Source: Bugula neritina
Lineage: Eukaryota; Animalia; Bryozoa
Assembly (NCBI GenBank): GCA_964035545.1
Contig: CAXIUT010000137.1
Span: 1-46,232, forward strand
Reading direction: 5' to 3'
DNA: 46,232 nucleotides
Shown here: positions 1 to 12,629 of the stretch, one piece after another
Layout: each line of letters opens with the position of its first letter
Position numbering within the stretch: the stretch's first letter is position 1
The notes under the pieces: generated by a model
What the model was told of the DNA's origin: nothing
The model's input: the letters and a program-made list of their open reading frames with translations, nothing else
Databases searched by the model: none
Translations under genes and position numbers: made by a program

Positions 1-82
1 CCAACCCCAACCCCAACCCCAACCCCAACCCCCAACCCCAACCCCAACCCCAACCCCAACCCCAACCCCAACCCCCAACCCC
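1..82. repeat. Macronuclear telomere, (CCCCAA)n with two C5A2 variants
   Basis: Tandem CCCCAA at the window start with the C-rich strand 5', then AT-rich unique sequence; this is the C4A2 repeat of oligohymenophorean ciliates. Confidence 0.97.
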
Positions 83-176
83 TAAATTGAAATAATCTTT
101 TGAATATATTATATTAAACATTTTGTGAATATTAATAATCCCAAAGAATAATAAGAATATAACAATTAAAATACTT

Positions 177-1059
177 TCAAGCTACATATGAAAAATATCC
201 TCTTTTGAATGTTCCTTTATGGTTAACTCGACTAGAAATATCCCCTTGAATTTGTTTATTAGCCTTCCGATAGTTTTGTAAATAAGAAGAATCATTCTTC
301 TTGCTACTATACTCTATATTTTCTTTATTTTCTTTGTACTTTTTCTTGTAGGGATGCTATATTAACCTAATTTTACTATTTTTGGTGCAAAAGTCAACTA
401 CTATTTGTTCTACAAGTGTTTTTAGCACTGTTTCTTTTTTATTTCATTATGTTTCTTGCTTTGCCATTCGATATTCTTTTGGTAAAAGACATCAACGTCT
501 TCATTTCTGAATGTTCTATCATTATTTGGTCTGATTTTGCTGTTAGGACTAAAAGTGCATTCTTTCCTTTATTGAACTTAAACTGAACGCCTTCCCTCTT
601 AAAATAATCTTTCTCTCCTCATTCTCATAGCTTTATCCTAAATATCATCTCGACTACCTCATCATATAATCTTGAAAAAACGGTACCATCAGTAGATTCC
701 TGCCCAAAGCAAGAATCTCTCGTTCTAATAGAAGAAAGAGGTTAGTGATACTTATTTATTTTTTAGAGAGAAGAATGCATGCCAAATCTATTATTGACCC
801 TGTCTTTACAAAAATGAATTTTATCTTTCGAGAAGGTAGGTAGTTGTTCTTTAGATAAATTAAATTTATTTTGTGAGTATGGTAGTAGTTGTTCTTTAGA
901 AAAAGAAAAAGGTTATGATAGATAGCTATCATTATGAAATTTATCGAATAGTTCACCAGATTAGATCGACAGACTTGGTTTTGTATCTTCATTGCGATAG
1001 TATTTGAATATCTACATGAGTTAATTAATGGAGTTATTTGCTTGGAAGTCCTCAGTCAT
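177..1059 (-). CDS. Hypothetical protein with ciliate-type F.RLY / ECTF.P motifs (about 280 aa)
   Basis: Table 30 ORF MTEDFQ...VFSRLYDE|DKAM...KECTFSPNS...LTFAPKI|HPYK...SYVA*; 20-nt introns at 638-657 and 357-376; stop codon 94 nt from the telomere. Confidence 0.7.
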
Positions 1060-1123
1060 TTTAGATTTATTATTAAATATTATTCTATTTTAATTATATC
1101 TTTATTAGAAAAGAGATAAGTAA

Positions 1124-2549
1124 TCATTATTGACACCCTCTAAGAAAAGAATGGTCAATCAATCTAGAAATAGTAAATCTTTCTTTAGGATCCTTGCATA
1201 AACATCTAGATATAAAGTCTTTTATTTATGGTGATGCGGGTCTACTTCTAGGAAAATACACTTCTTCTTCAATAACTTTAAATATCTATTATTAACTACG
1301 TATTTCAAATGGCACTCTTCCATAAGCTAATTCATAAGTCAATATCCCCAAATTCCATACATCTATCTTGCTATCATAATGTTGCTTTTGCACTATTTCA
1401 GGAGAAGAATAGACAGGCGTTCCACATGTAGTATCTCTTAGTAGAGGGGAATTAACAGCCCATCCAAAATCACAGAGTTTTACTATATTCTGAATTAACA
1501 TATACTTTACCTAATGAAAAAGGATGTTTTACGGTTTCAAATCACGATGAAGAATATCATTGTCATGCATGTACTCAACTGCATTGCAAATCTGTTTCAA
1601 TATTCCACGAATCCTATCCTATGAAAAGTTCCCCCTATTGCGAAGCTATCGATACAAATTGCCATCACAACATAACTCTGTAAGCAAGTATAGTGCTCCA
1701 TCTTCTACAAAGGCAGAATAGAGTTGCACTATGTTGGGATGGTCAAGGTAGCTTTGAATTTTGATTTATCTGATATGTTGTAGTAGGGTTCTAGGATCTT
1801 TTGAGAGTAAGGCCTAGGGAATCGATTTTAAAGCAAAGAGGAAGTTGGACTATATGTGTCTAGCTACTATCGTCATTACCTCACCATTGTCACATGTCCT
1901 AATTTTCCTTGACCGAGACAACGAATGGCCTGAAAGTTTTATAATTTGATGCGATCTTGACTCAAATAAGTGATCATCTGCTCTGACATCAACTTCAAAG
2001 AATTACAAGATAGAGTTGATACTGTATCCTTTAAAGAAGGTGTTTCAGATATCAATCTGTGAGTTTTCTTAGATTGTTATATTTTTTATACCTAATATTC
2101 TGATTTCAAGAGTTTTGATGATTTTTATTTCATATTTTGAATGTTCTAGACTTTTGAATTACAAACATTATATACCATCTTTCTTAACTTCTACTCTTTT
2201 GATTTGCTGCCGTTACCAGAAGATGTGTAATGTTCTTCTTTAGTCTGATAACGAATCTTTAATTTTTAACACAGCTATTTAGCCTTCTTAACATTCAAAG
2301 GTTACATCTTATCCCTGCCTATCTTCTTTACTTCATTCTCTACTTTAATCTAAGCTACATAATATAGATAGTACAAGAAGCAGACAAGAGTTGTTTTTTG
2401 CTGGATTGACTAATCAAAGACCGTCCAATGAAATTGGTAAGTTTATCTGACTAATCAAGTAATTTATCTTCTAGATGATCAAAGTAGGAACAATGATTAT
2501 ATTTTTTTGAGTTCTAACCTCGCGATTTCTTATGCAAGGCATTATCCAT
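1124..2549 (-). CDS. Aurora-like Ser/Thr protein kinase (about 454 aa)
   Basis: LGQGKLG, ALK, REIKIQSYLDHPNIV, HRDLKPENIL, DFGWA, CGTPVYSSPE, DVWNLG; introns 2355-2374 (20), 1860-1879 (20), 1490-1510 (21). Confidence 0.9.
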
Positions 2550-2710
2550 TTATCTTCACTTATTACAAAATACATAATTACTTCATTACTATCAATCAAT
2601 ACAGTACAAAACTATCATTCAGTATAACCTTCAAACATAATTAAACAAATTCATAGTTATCATTTTTGATAGAATCTATTAAAAATCATTAAGAATAGAA
2701 TTATGGTGAA

Positions 2711-3243
2711 TCATTTATATGAAAATTATTGAACATAATTTTTACCTTTCTCAAAACCTTATTTCCCCTTTTACACTGCTTTCTCAATATTTATATCAAT
2801 ATCTTTCTCATATCTTCCCAAAAAAGGTTGAATCACATCTTTGAACAACTTCTAAGCTGCAGGGAAGAAGGATGCAACAAACCAACAGTTATTCCAATTC
2901 TAGCCAAAATATAAACCATTGAAGGTAGCAGCATAGTCAAAAGAGGTGCAATCAACTCAATTAGAGCATAAACAATCCAATATACTAAATACTTTTTAAG
3001 TGCTTTTTGATCAGATTCAAGCATAAGAAATGTTAGATAGGCAGGAATACAGCAACAACCGATTCCTACTACTAACGTAGTCGCATTGGATATGAAAGAT
3101 ACTATTATTAAGAAGACAATAGCTGATAGTACAAATCCACTAGGTTTAACTCCAGTTCTCTTTTAGATAAAAGACAATTCTGAACTCTCATCAAGTGTAT
3201 TCAAATGCAACAATTTAGATAATTGATCGATCACTCCTTCCAT
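2711..3243 (-). CDS. YOP1: REEP/DP1/Yop1 (TB2/DP1/HVA22) ER-shaping membrane protein, with an apparent 1-nt frameshift near 2862-2868
   Basis: EKRTGVKP, IPAYLTFLMLES, KYLVYWIVYA; the C-terminal KLFKDVIQPFLGRYEKDID lies in the -1 frame. Confidence 0.85.
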
Positions 3244-3296
3244 CACTTTTAGTCAATATTGAATAATTATAATATAAAAATAGGTTGAAGATATTT

Positions 3297-3733
3297 ATGA
3301 GAATTCTACTAGTCCTCATCATCTTGACCATTGTCTACGCATCTACCATCCAAGAACTATCACCGTTAGCCAATTCTATCTCCTAAACTGATGGAGTACT
3401 GAAGTGCATTGCAGACAGAGACCTCAAAATGACGATCAACAATGTTCAAGATTTTTGTGGTAAAGAATACAGTGATAAACTGAGTTGCTACAGCAGCTAC
3501 TCGTCATTCAAATTGTGTCTTATCAATAACAAATGCCAAAACAAGTTCGATTAAACCTCAGTATCATTATTATTAATTAGATCAGTCTAGATTGCTGGAA
3601 TTGCTGGGTAAATATGATCACTGAATCCGATACTATGAAAAATTATCATACTCTTATTGAATCTTGTGCTCTTTCAGCACATCACCTAGCAGCTTCTCTT
3701 CTATTGGTTATCCTATTGATGTTGCTTGCATGA
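3297..3733 (+). CDS. Small Cys-rich secreted, probably GPI-anchored surface protein (138 aa)
   Basis: Signal peptide MRILLVLIILTIVYA, spaced Cys residues, hydrophobic C-terminus SLLLVILLMLLA*; 20-nt intron 3561-3580. Confidence 0.75.
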
Positions 3734-3888
3734 TTGCTTGATAAATATTCTATCAATTTTGTTATATATCATTTGAACTTACAAGTTTGATTTAGTTATC
3801 GATGAATATAGTGATATTTGTAGTTAATATCTACTATTGAATACAGATAATCTATGTAGTAATATTATAATTCAATCTATATAAACCG

Positions 3889-5246
3889 ATGGCAACTCTT
3901 GTCGCACAAGGAGTATGCTGCTGCTTCGCCTGCTGCTGCCAACAATGTTCAGATGCCCTTCAAAGACTTCTAGGACCACAAAAAGTCACAAAAATATACT
4001 ATCTTTTTCTTGTAGCTGTATTCACGATTCCAGCTATTGCTATTCTCTTCTTCCTCAATGATAGTCAAGATTTTATCTCCTACTTTTCATGGCTTAGCTG
4101 TCCATAGTCATCGAGTACAGAGTAATTCTGATATAATCAAGCGCCTTTGGCTGTATTGGTCCCTCAGCAGTCTACAGAATGTCACTTAGCATATTGTGTC
4201 TATTTCTCTTGATGACCTTAATTATGCTTATTAGAAGTAAGATTTCAATGGTAATAAATGAAGGACTATTTTGCTTTAAATATCTAATAGTAGTAGCACT
4301 TTTTATCGGTTCTTTATGGATAAAAGATGACACTTTCATCAATTATTCTCAAACAAGTAAATACCTTTCAATTCTCTTCATGATAATCCAAGTACAATAT
4401 GATATAATATAGTCTATCATTCTAATTGATCTATTCTACCTGGCAGGAATCAAACTTGTATCTCATTATGATCAGGGATAAACTAGCTATGCTTGCTTAC
4501 TTATCTTTCTAACTATCCTATGCTAGGCTTTAGCTATTACCCTCAACATTCTTGGATATATTTACTTTGCTGATGAAGATGCTTGTGGAAATTCTCTTTG
4601 GGTAAATATAGTAACATCAGTATTATTAGTTCTTCTACCAACAGTTCAGCTCTTCAATTTCAATAAACAAAATAGTTTGCTGACTACTGCTATGGTTAGT
4701 ATGTATATGTCATATCTTTCATTTATTTGTCAGTTTTCATATGGAGGCGACTCATGTAGTGATAAATCTGCCAGGATGACTGTTGTATCATTGGCAGTTG
4801 ATATAATCGTATCTACTTTTTTCTTTATTTTGACTATGTATGGATCTATTATGGGAGGATCAGGTAAAGTTAAAATATCACGAAATACTGATCTACAAGC
4901 TGCCCTTGGTGTTGTCAAAAATTAATAAACTGATGAATAGTCATCTGAACCAAAATAACCGATTATGACTGAAAAACCTGTCAAATAAAGTGAAGAATCG
5001 AACTAAGCCAGATACACTTAGAGTTGGGAATGGGTAAAATGGCATCTATACATGTGTTTAGCTTCAATGTACATAGGAATGTTGATAACTAACTGGACAT
5101 CAGCCAGTTTAACTACTGGAGTTCTAATCTCAAATGATTTTGGATTTTGGGTGAGAGCTATCCTTTCTTGGGCAACTATTTTACTCTATATTTGGACTCT
5201 TATTGCTCCCAGAATATTTCCAGATCGTGACTTCACTGTTGTTTGA
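3889..5246 (+). CDS. SERINC: Serinc/TMS1 (serine incorporator) membrane protein (438 aa)
   Basis: Cys-rich N-terminus, SAVYRMSL, IIQSIILID, LASMYIGMLITNW, YIWTLIAPRIFPDRDF; introns 4122-4141 (20) and 4392-4412 (21). Confidence 0.93.
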
Positions 5247-5352
5247 TTCAACTTATAATGATTTATCCTAGTTGTTTGTCTTTATAAAAGCAATATAATG
5301 ATAATTTTGATATATAGATGAATGTTCTGTTACTACAATATAATTGATAACT

Positions 5353-6792
5353 ATGAGTGATCACTAGAAGATGTAGCCTCATATATCGAGGCAATTTTAG
5401 GTGATAAAGAAGATCGGAAGTGGAGCTTATGGAATCGTATGGAAAGTAAACGATCGAGTCAAACATCGTCCCCATGCTCTTAAAAAAAACTTTGATGCCT
5501 TTCAAAATTCAACAGATGCACAACGAACCTACAGATAAATCATGTTTTTAAGACAATTCAAACATCCTAATATCGTATAGTTAAAATAAGTCATCCGCTC
5601 AGGAAATTAAAGGGATATCTATTTACTTTTTTAGTTCATGGATATCGATCTCTACACCCTAATTCGATAAAATATGCTTGGAGACCAACATAAAAGATAT
5701 ATAGTCTATCAAACTGGTAAAGCCATACACTATCTACATTCAGCTGACCTCATACATAGAGACATTAAACCTTCCAACGTACTTGTCAATGAAGACTGTC
5801 TGGCTAAAATTTGTGATTTTGGGTTGATTCGATCTATCTAAGATTAATAAAATTTACTAACAGAATATATTGCGACTAGATGGTACAGAGCTCCTTAAAT
5901 TTTACTTGGATCAAAAAAATATTCAAAAGCAGCTGATGTGTGGAGTTTCGGTTGTATGATAGGATAAATGATCAGAGGAAAACCAATGTTTCCAGGTCAT
6001 TCGACTTTAAATCAAATAGAAAGAGTTATACAGTGGACAGGACCACCGGATATCAATGACTTGAAATCACTTAAAACTGAATTTGGAGGACAAATGTTAG
6101 ATATTCTCACTAAAATAAAACCAATTAATAAAAAATAATGGTTTACTAACTGTCCATCAGATGCTTTAGATCTCATAACTAGATCACTTGCATTTAATCC
6201 AGCCAGAAGACCATCAATGTTCTAAATATTGAAGCATCCTTATCTTAAATAATTTTTTAATAAGCAAGATATCAAAGAAGCATCAGGTAAAATAAGAGTT
6301 TAAGTTGATGATAGTACAAAATTAAGTCTAAAAGAATATAGATCTCTTATTTATAAAATTGTTGAAGATGATTAAGAACTTCATAAATCACAATTTGGAT
6401 AGTTTCCTTAAAGTGTTATGTAAAAAAAATAATCTCAAAATAGTACTGATCATCCTAATAGAACTTTATATAAAAATAGGTTTAGTAAAGGTCTTGTTCG
6501 ATCTGCATCTAAAAATAGAGAAGATTCTGTGCCTAAAAGTACTCAAAAATAATCAAAAACAATAGCTTTAAAAAAGAAATATGAAAGTTTAATGGGAAAA
6601 GGTAGATAGTCAATGGCTAGAACAAAATATGTAAAAACCTAAGAAGTAGAAGAGCGATTACCTAAAAGGAAAAGAAGTGATAATGTCAAGTATTATACTG
6701 CTGATAAGAAGAAGAAATCAGTCTCACTTTATGAAGCAAAAAAAGATTCTTAGATGTTGGCAAGATTTATGTATTAAAAAAGGAAATTTTGA
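5353..6792 (+). CDS. MAPK15: MAP kinase, ERK7/MAPK15 family (479 aa)
   Basis: [42 protein letters not shown] activation motif, [14 protein letters not shown]; no introns. Confidence 0.93.
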
Positions 6793-6940
6793 CATTTATA
6801 TTGATTTTGGGAGATCTATTTATTAATTTGTTATTAAGATCTATTTATTACTTTTGTTATTTAAGATGAAAAGATCTTTATTGAAATGTTGGAGTTCATT
6901 TATTAATTAAATATTATTTTTTAATATATTTAGGACCACA

Positions 6941-7428
6941 ATGATTGGAGATAAACAACAAACTTTCTTCACAGTTAAAGATCTTCCCGCCAAGGACTTC
7001 ATTGAAGCCTTTTCTCAGTATCTCAAGAAAAACAACTTCATCGAAAGACCCGCATGGGTTGACCTCGTCAAGACTGGCACCAGTACTCCATTCATAACCC
7101 AGGAAACGAACTCGCCCCCATCAACGAAGACTGGATCTATACCAGAGTTGCCTCTTTGGCCAGAAAAATATACCTTCGTCCTCACGCTGGAGTTAGACTT
7201 CTCTCCCATATGTATGGAGGAAGACTAAGAGGAAGCTGCAGATCAGAATTCCACGAACATGGTTCAACCAAGATCATCAGATGGGGACTTCAACAGTTGG
7301 AAAAACTTAAGTTGATCAAGAAGGATAAGAAAGGAGATGCTCTTAAGCTTAACTCCAGAATTCTTTCTTCAGAAGGACGAAGAGTGCTTAACCGTATTGC
7401 CACTGAACACCTTAAAGCCAAAAAATGA
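6941..7428 (+). CDS. RPS19: 40S ribosomal protein S19 (eS19)
   Basis: TVKDLPAKDFI, PAWVDLVKTG|RNELAP..EDWIYTRVASLARKIYLR, LQQLEKL; the 20-nt intron 7083-7102 joins the two track ORFs. Confidence 0.97.
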
Positions 7429-7496
7429 TGTAATCTACGATTTAAGCTCATTTCTAAAAATATTTACATAAGCAAAAATACTTGATCAAAAATAAT

Positions 7497-7955
7497 TCAG
7501 TCAGATTCGTGCACCAGTTTGAAGGTTTTAGGTTTATCGATTCTTTTTGTCTTCCGAGGACTTAGACTCTGAGATCCCTTCCCTACTGGTGAAAGTCCTT
7601 TCAATGAATGATCTAAACATCGTAAAGACTGATATTTATCATCCCTTAAAAACTGTGCTATTTTTATTTCCTGTTCTTCTCTCAAAGACTTCACTTTATG
7701 AAACTCGAAAGCTGTATCTTCGATCATGATGTCTTTTTGTTCAAGTAAATTCTCAAATGGAGCCTCATCTATCATACCCCATATATGTGGAGATTCTAAG
7801 GTATGCTCTGCGAATAGTTATGCCTTTTTGGCAGGCATTTAGAAGTCTTCTTCGTTATTTTATTGAACATCTATCTCTTTAGCCGAACATTCTTCGAGAA
7901 TAGCCTCGAAGATACTGGTATGGGTAGAAGAGGAAACCGAAGCAGGGACTTACAT
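7497..7955 (-). CDS. Hypothetical protein (152 aa)
   Basis: Table 30 ORF MEVPASVSSS...LVHESD*. Confidence 0.65.
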
Positions 7956-8225
7956 ATAGCTTATATAATTAATAACCTAAAATAACTATCTTAGCATATT
8001 CATTCTTATAAAACTAACAATTAATACTAATAATGGATAATTTAACCTAATTCTAAAAATGTTTAATATGTTTATTTAAATCCATAAGAAGACCTTTCAT
8101 GAGTTATATGTAAGAATTGAGTTCTAGTTGATTAGTTTTGATGCTTAATTTAAGTTGATATTCGAACATGTGATGGAAATTCTTTAAATAATAGAGAGAA
8201 TATAATAGAAAATTAAGTTGTATCG

Positions 8226-9004
8226 ATGTCTGAACAGTTGTACAAACCCAAACATTGCGCATTCCATCCCAAAGAGTTGATTTTCAACTTCTGTAAGAAC
8301 TCAGACTGTCTCCTGCCTCTTTGTCCATCCTGTGTTAAGATCCACACAGAAGAACATAAATTAGAAAAGACTTATGGTCAATTCTAAAAGTATTTTATGA
8401 TCTACTTAGCATTCATAAAGTAGTAGGAGACCTCAGCACCTTCTTGGAAAAGATTGGTAAAGAACTAAACAACCATAAAGTTGATATGTAAGAACATCAA
8501 GTTCAAAAAAAGAAGGAACAAATGGAGCTCAAAAAGAGAATATCAGATGCCAAAGGTAAAATGCTTGTAATTGTTGAACGATTTTTCTCAGATTTTGAAA
8601 AAGAAGTTTAGAAATCAATCATTTGCTTCAATTAAAATATGAAAGAAAACTATGCAAGAGTTGATTAACATATTTCTGGATTAAAAGAAGAACTCTAAAT
8701 TAAAAATGCTAATCTTAGCACAGATAAAGTTTTGAAAACTTTGATTAGTTTCCACGCAAAAGAAGAACAATCAAAATACCTAGAACAAGTAGAAAACCTT
8801 AAAAACAGACTTGAATACTTAGAAACTCAAAAAGTCGAAGTGGTATGTAATCCTCCTGCAGCTCAAAAAGTTATTGAAGAAATGGGAAGCTATATCCATC
8901 TTGCATTCCAAAACTGGGAAAATGAGATCAAATACGTTGCAGAATTTGTCAAGACAGGTCAACAAATGTCAACTGGAGACGGATTTTTCAAAAAAAGCAA
9001 TTGA
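8226..9004 (+). CDS. B-box zinc-finger / coiled-coil protein (252 aa)
   Basis: CAFHPKELIFNFCKNSDCLLPLCPSCVKIHTEEH followed by coiled coil; 20-nt intron 8390-8409. Confidence 0.82.
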
Positions 9005-9107
9005 TCTCACTACATCTTCATTTTATCTATTTTTGAAAACCTCTTTATTTGATAGATATTAGTTTGTAAGTGATTTATAACTAGTCACGTATGGCCAGTT
9101 AAATTAA

Positions 9108-9605
9108 ATGTAGTTGCTTAAATCGCTAACAGTAGAAGCAGCTCCCTCGATACTATAGATCTTTCGTTTTGGGATAGTATCTCTTCTACAACTCACACGT
9201 AGTCTACTCTTGCTCTATCCTCTTAACCTGATAGTCCTCTTAGGAATTTGTTTTGGTATCTTCTACAAAATTGTTCGAACAATATTGCCTAAATCTCAAT
9301 TCAAAGCGGTTTACTAACCTCTTAAACATACTGATAACAGTCCTGAAGATATTAAAGTCCTCAAACAAAAAGTAAGAGATCTGCAAAGTGAACTCATAGA
9401 AATGCTTAAAACAATTAGAGTGAGTAAATCAAGTTAAATTGTCGAAGACAATTTCTCAGCTCGTCAAGATGAACAAAATTCAAGTTTGAAAGATTTTATG
9501 AAGTAAGAAAAAGAGAGGACACAGTTTTTATAGATCATTTAAAAAGAATTGAAAGGAACAGTAGTTACAGCATACCAAGAAATGACTAAAGTAAAACCAA
9601 TGTGA
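9108..9605 (+). CDS. Hypothetical membrane-anchored coiled-coil protein (165 aa)
   Basis: MELLKSL...LIVLLGICFGIFY (TM)...LKQKVRDLQSELIEML...KPM*. Confidence 0.65.
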
Positions 9606-9658
9606 TTAACTAAACTTTTAATCAGGATCTAATCATATCAATAAAAGTTAAAAAAGTT

Positions 9659-11235
9659 TCAATTTAAAAACTTATCAACCATATTTCCCATCTTCTTAAA
9701 GAATCCTCCAAGCTTCTTTTGTACTTTTTGCATTTCTGTCTTATCTTATTGTTTTTATTCCTTTTCATTTTATTAAAGTGAAGAAGGTTAGCTTTATTAA
9801 ATATTCTTTTAATGAAGTATTTTTGATTAAAGTTCTTTTTCTTTTTATTTTAATTCTTTTTATCTTTTTCTTTATTATTTTTTTCCTCATTTTTTACTCT
9901 TCCTTTTCTCTAATTCTTTCTTCTTTCTCTCTCTTTTCTTTTTATTTATTCCATTACTTTTCCAGATGTTTCTTTTCCTTGGCAGCTTCCTCATAAAAAT
10001 CAACTTATTCATAAGTATCAATAAGTCTATTAGCAATTTTGATCACATTATTGATATCAATATGATCTTTTATTTCTTGAAAGTGTTCAAGTATAACAGT
10101 AAACTAATTGTCTAAAATAAAATCCTTGCATGAAAGAATGATAGCAATTGCAAAGAATTTTATATATTGCATTCTATTATCAGAAGAAAATATGCTTTAC
10201 CATATTCTAAGTGTATCAAATAGTGCGAAATCCTGAGCATATAGTAATGTAATCCATCTAAAACAGTAGAAAAAAGGGTCAATTTTAAGTTACTCCATCC
10301 TCACCCAAATAACCGGCTAAACCACCTATATAACTAAACAAATACCATCAGCATCTGGTTAACTTCTTGCAATTTACCATGAATTCCATTCTTACTTCTA
10401 TCCAAATCCTTTATATGCAACTCTATTATATCACAGATAGCATTATTGAACATAAAGAAACAAGAAGCTTCTTAGATGGCATTGGCTGGTTTGGTCACAT
10501 TTACCAGATAAAATATAGGGGCAAGTATCTAGTTCATGCCCTGTACATACTGGATCTTAGGATTTAATTTGGCGTATATATAAAGAATACGAGTCATATA
10601 GTCGTATCTGTAAGTTTTACGTTGTTTCTCCTTGTCTGCTAAAAATTACTTATATGATACTTAGTCTTCTCCATGAATCAATTTGAACTTCTATCTACGA
10701 GCACTGGTAAGATAAGGTAGCATTATTTATGAACTTTGCATTGCGAAAAATGAGAATTAAGCGTGAGTTCTAGAGGTGTCTTTTTCGATTTGTTACCATA
10801 GCAAGTAATCGTTTTCAAGCTATTTGAATCTTGGGTGTGTTTTTTTCATAATTAGAGGATAATCTGGAAATTTCTAAGGGGGTAGAAACATGGCGACTAA
10901 ACTTTAATAAGTTTGATTTTGTTTTTATATAGTAGCATGCCATTTGGCTTTTTACTAAGGAAGAAAGCCAAGAATAATTTTCCAAGAATACTATCGAACT
11001 ATTGCAGATTCATCGGGTATGCCTTCAGCAAGATAATTTTTCAATGCATTAGTATTGACAACATCGAGGTTAAGTAATTCGACAAGATTGTTTATTTTTT
11101 TAGCAATTACACCTGGCATGCCTTCAGTTGTGAAGTTGAATTCACTTCCCAACCCCAACCCCAACCCCCACCCCAACCCCAACCCCAACCCCAACCCCAA
11201 CCCCAACCCCAACCCCAACCCCTTTCTGGTTCCAT
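9659..11235 (-). CDS. TBC-domain Rab-GAP (TBC1D13-like), interrupted at its 5' end by a telomeric tract; apparent +1 frameshift at 9878-9884
   Basis: GIPDE, YSWKIILGFLP, IEKDTSRT, YVQGMNEILAP, FRWITLLYAQDF, LRIW; 20-nt intron 10326-10345; E/K-rich tail in the +1 frame; alternative in-frame start MPGV near 11119. Confidence 0.88.
11148..11222. repeat. Internal telomeric tract, about 12.5 x CCCCAA with one CCCCCA variant
   Basis: Directly visible; same orientation as the terminal telomere; flanked by CTT at 11145-11147 and 11222-11224. Confidence 0.97.
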
Positions 11236-11359
11236 CAGTATAAATGATCACTTCTAACTTAAATTATAAAATCTACAAAAATAACATCGATAATCATAGC
11301 AAACATCTCAGATTAATATATTGACATTTTATTGATAATACACATTAAATAAATAAACT

Positions 11360-11888
11360 TCAACCGAAATGGATGTCTTTTTGGTACTTTTATACCAACT
11401 GTTTTGATTTGTTAATAGCGATTACCTTTTGTTTCTCATTAAAACCTTTTACTTCAAATTGAGGCTTAAATTTGATTTTTGTTTATTAATACTCTTTCTC
11501 TGTGGAGTTTGTTTCATTTATTTTTAAACTTCTCGTCTAAATCACAAAAATATTTCTTTTTCTACTTCTGACTCATAAAAAAGATCTCAGGTAGTTGAGG
11601 ATTATCCTCATTAAATTATTTTTTCAGATTCAAAGGCATCGATCGAAAATAATCTCCTAGATCAAATTCATCATCATCCTAAAGTTATTCATCTTCACCA
11701 CTATCATCTTAGATAGGCTACTGATGTTTACCGTTAATTTGTCTTTCTTCTGGGTCATTAGATATTCGGGAGAGGTTCATATGAGAGAGCATAACTGATT
11801 TGACTTTTCCTATTTTGATTCTCTGAGAATATAGTTCTAAAATAACCAAACAAGTACTCATCATTTTGAGTCGATTATGATACTTCAT
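11360..11888 (-). CDS. Hypothetical acidic protein, 3' end uncertain
   Basis: MKYHNRLKMM...DDSGEDEELEDDDEF; as read it stops at 11514, while a protein-like +1 frame continues to 11360. Confidence 0.5.
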
Positions 11889-12039
11889 TGTTGTTATTAG
11901 TTATTTGTCTTATTATTATTACCACTTCAAACTACAAAAATCAACAAATAATCAACAATTCAAATATCAATCTCTATTTACATATTTATTCATTGATATT
12001 GAATAATTTACATCTCTTTTCAAACAAGATTATAATATT

Positions 12040-12573
12040 ATGAACAAAACTGAACGAAAACTAGTTAAAAAAATAGTCATACCTGTCACTCTCATTGACA
12101 ATCCAAAAGATATCTTTGGATTAATGCATTTTCCGACTTAACATAAACCTAAAGCTATCATGCCTAGCAACACATCAGTTTCTCATAAAAAACATGCCAT
12201 ACTGTATCGAAATCAAGCTGTTCGATAGAATTAGGAATAAGAATAAACAAGAAAAAGATAAATATAATTTTATGAGATCAATATGAATCCTTTAAAAAAT
12301 AAAGATAAAAATTTTAAAATTGAAGTTCCCTTAGTCAAAGGACTCAAATCAGGAAGAAATCTAGGTAAAACAAGTTAACTATTTTTCTCTTTTTGTTTCA
12401 ATAATTCAGAAGGTATCAATCTTTTAAATTATAGGCAGAATGACCTTTCTTAATGGAATTCAAGATGCAAAAATGTAAATTTTAAGCAGAGGATTAAAAG
12501 ATCTCAGTGCAAAGGAAAGAGTATAAATACAAGTTTCCATGATGGATAAGAGAAGAAAATAACCTATTTCTGA
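12040..12573 (+). CDS. Hypothetical protein (about 177 aa)
   Basis: Table 30 ORF MNKTERKLVKK...KITYF*. Confidence 0.55.
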
Positions 12574-12629
12574 AGCAAAATATCATTAAGATTAATGATT
12601 GCTTCATACTTGTATTAATCTTTTTATAA

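Noticed and set aside
840-900. 16-nt direct repeat GTAGTTGTTCTTTAGA
   Set aside because: A small in-frame coding duplication (SKEQL twice) with no mobile-element features.
1124-1129. TAA immediately before the TGA stop here and in GSS (44042-44047), as a relic ancestral stop
   Set aside because: Two cases among about 43 genes is expected given how common TAA-Glu is.
7956-8170. Minus-strand open frame MFEYQLKLSIK... upstream of the 7497-7955 gene
   Set aside because: No recognisable motif, no stop before overlapping the next gene, and intergenic-like composition.
10991-11251. Track ORFs with (GL)n and (PN)n dipeptide repeats
   Set aside because: These are translations of the telomeric tract and neither begins at ATG.
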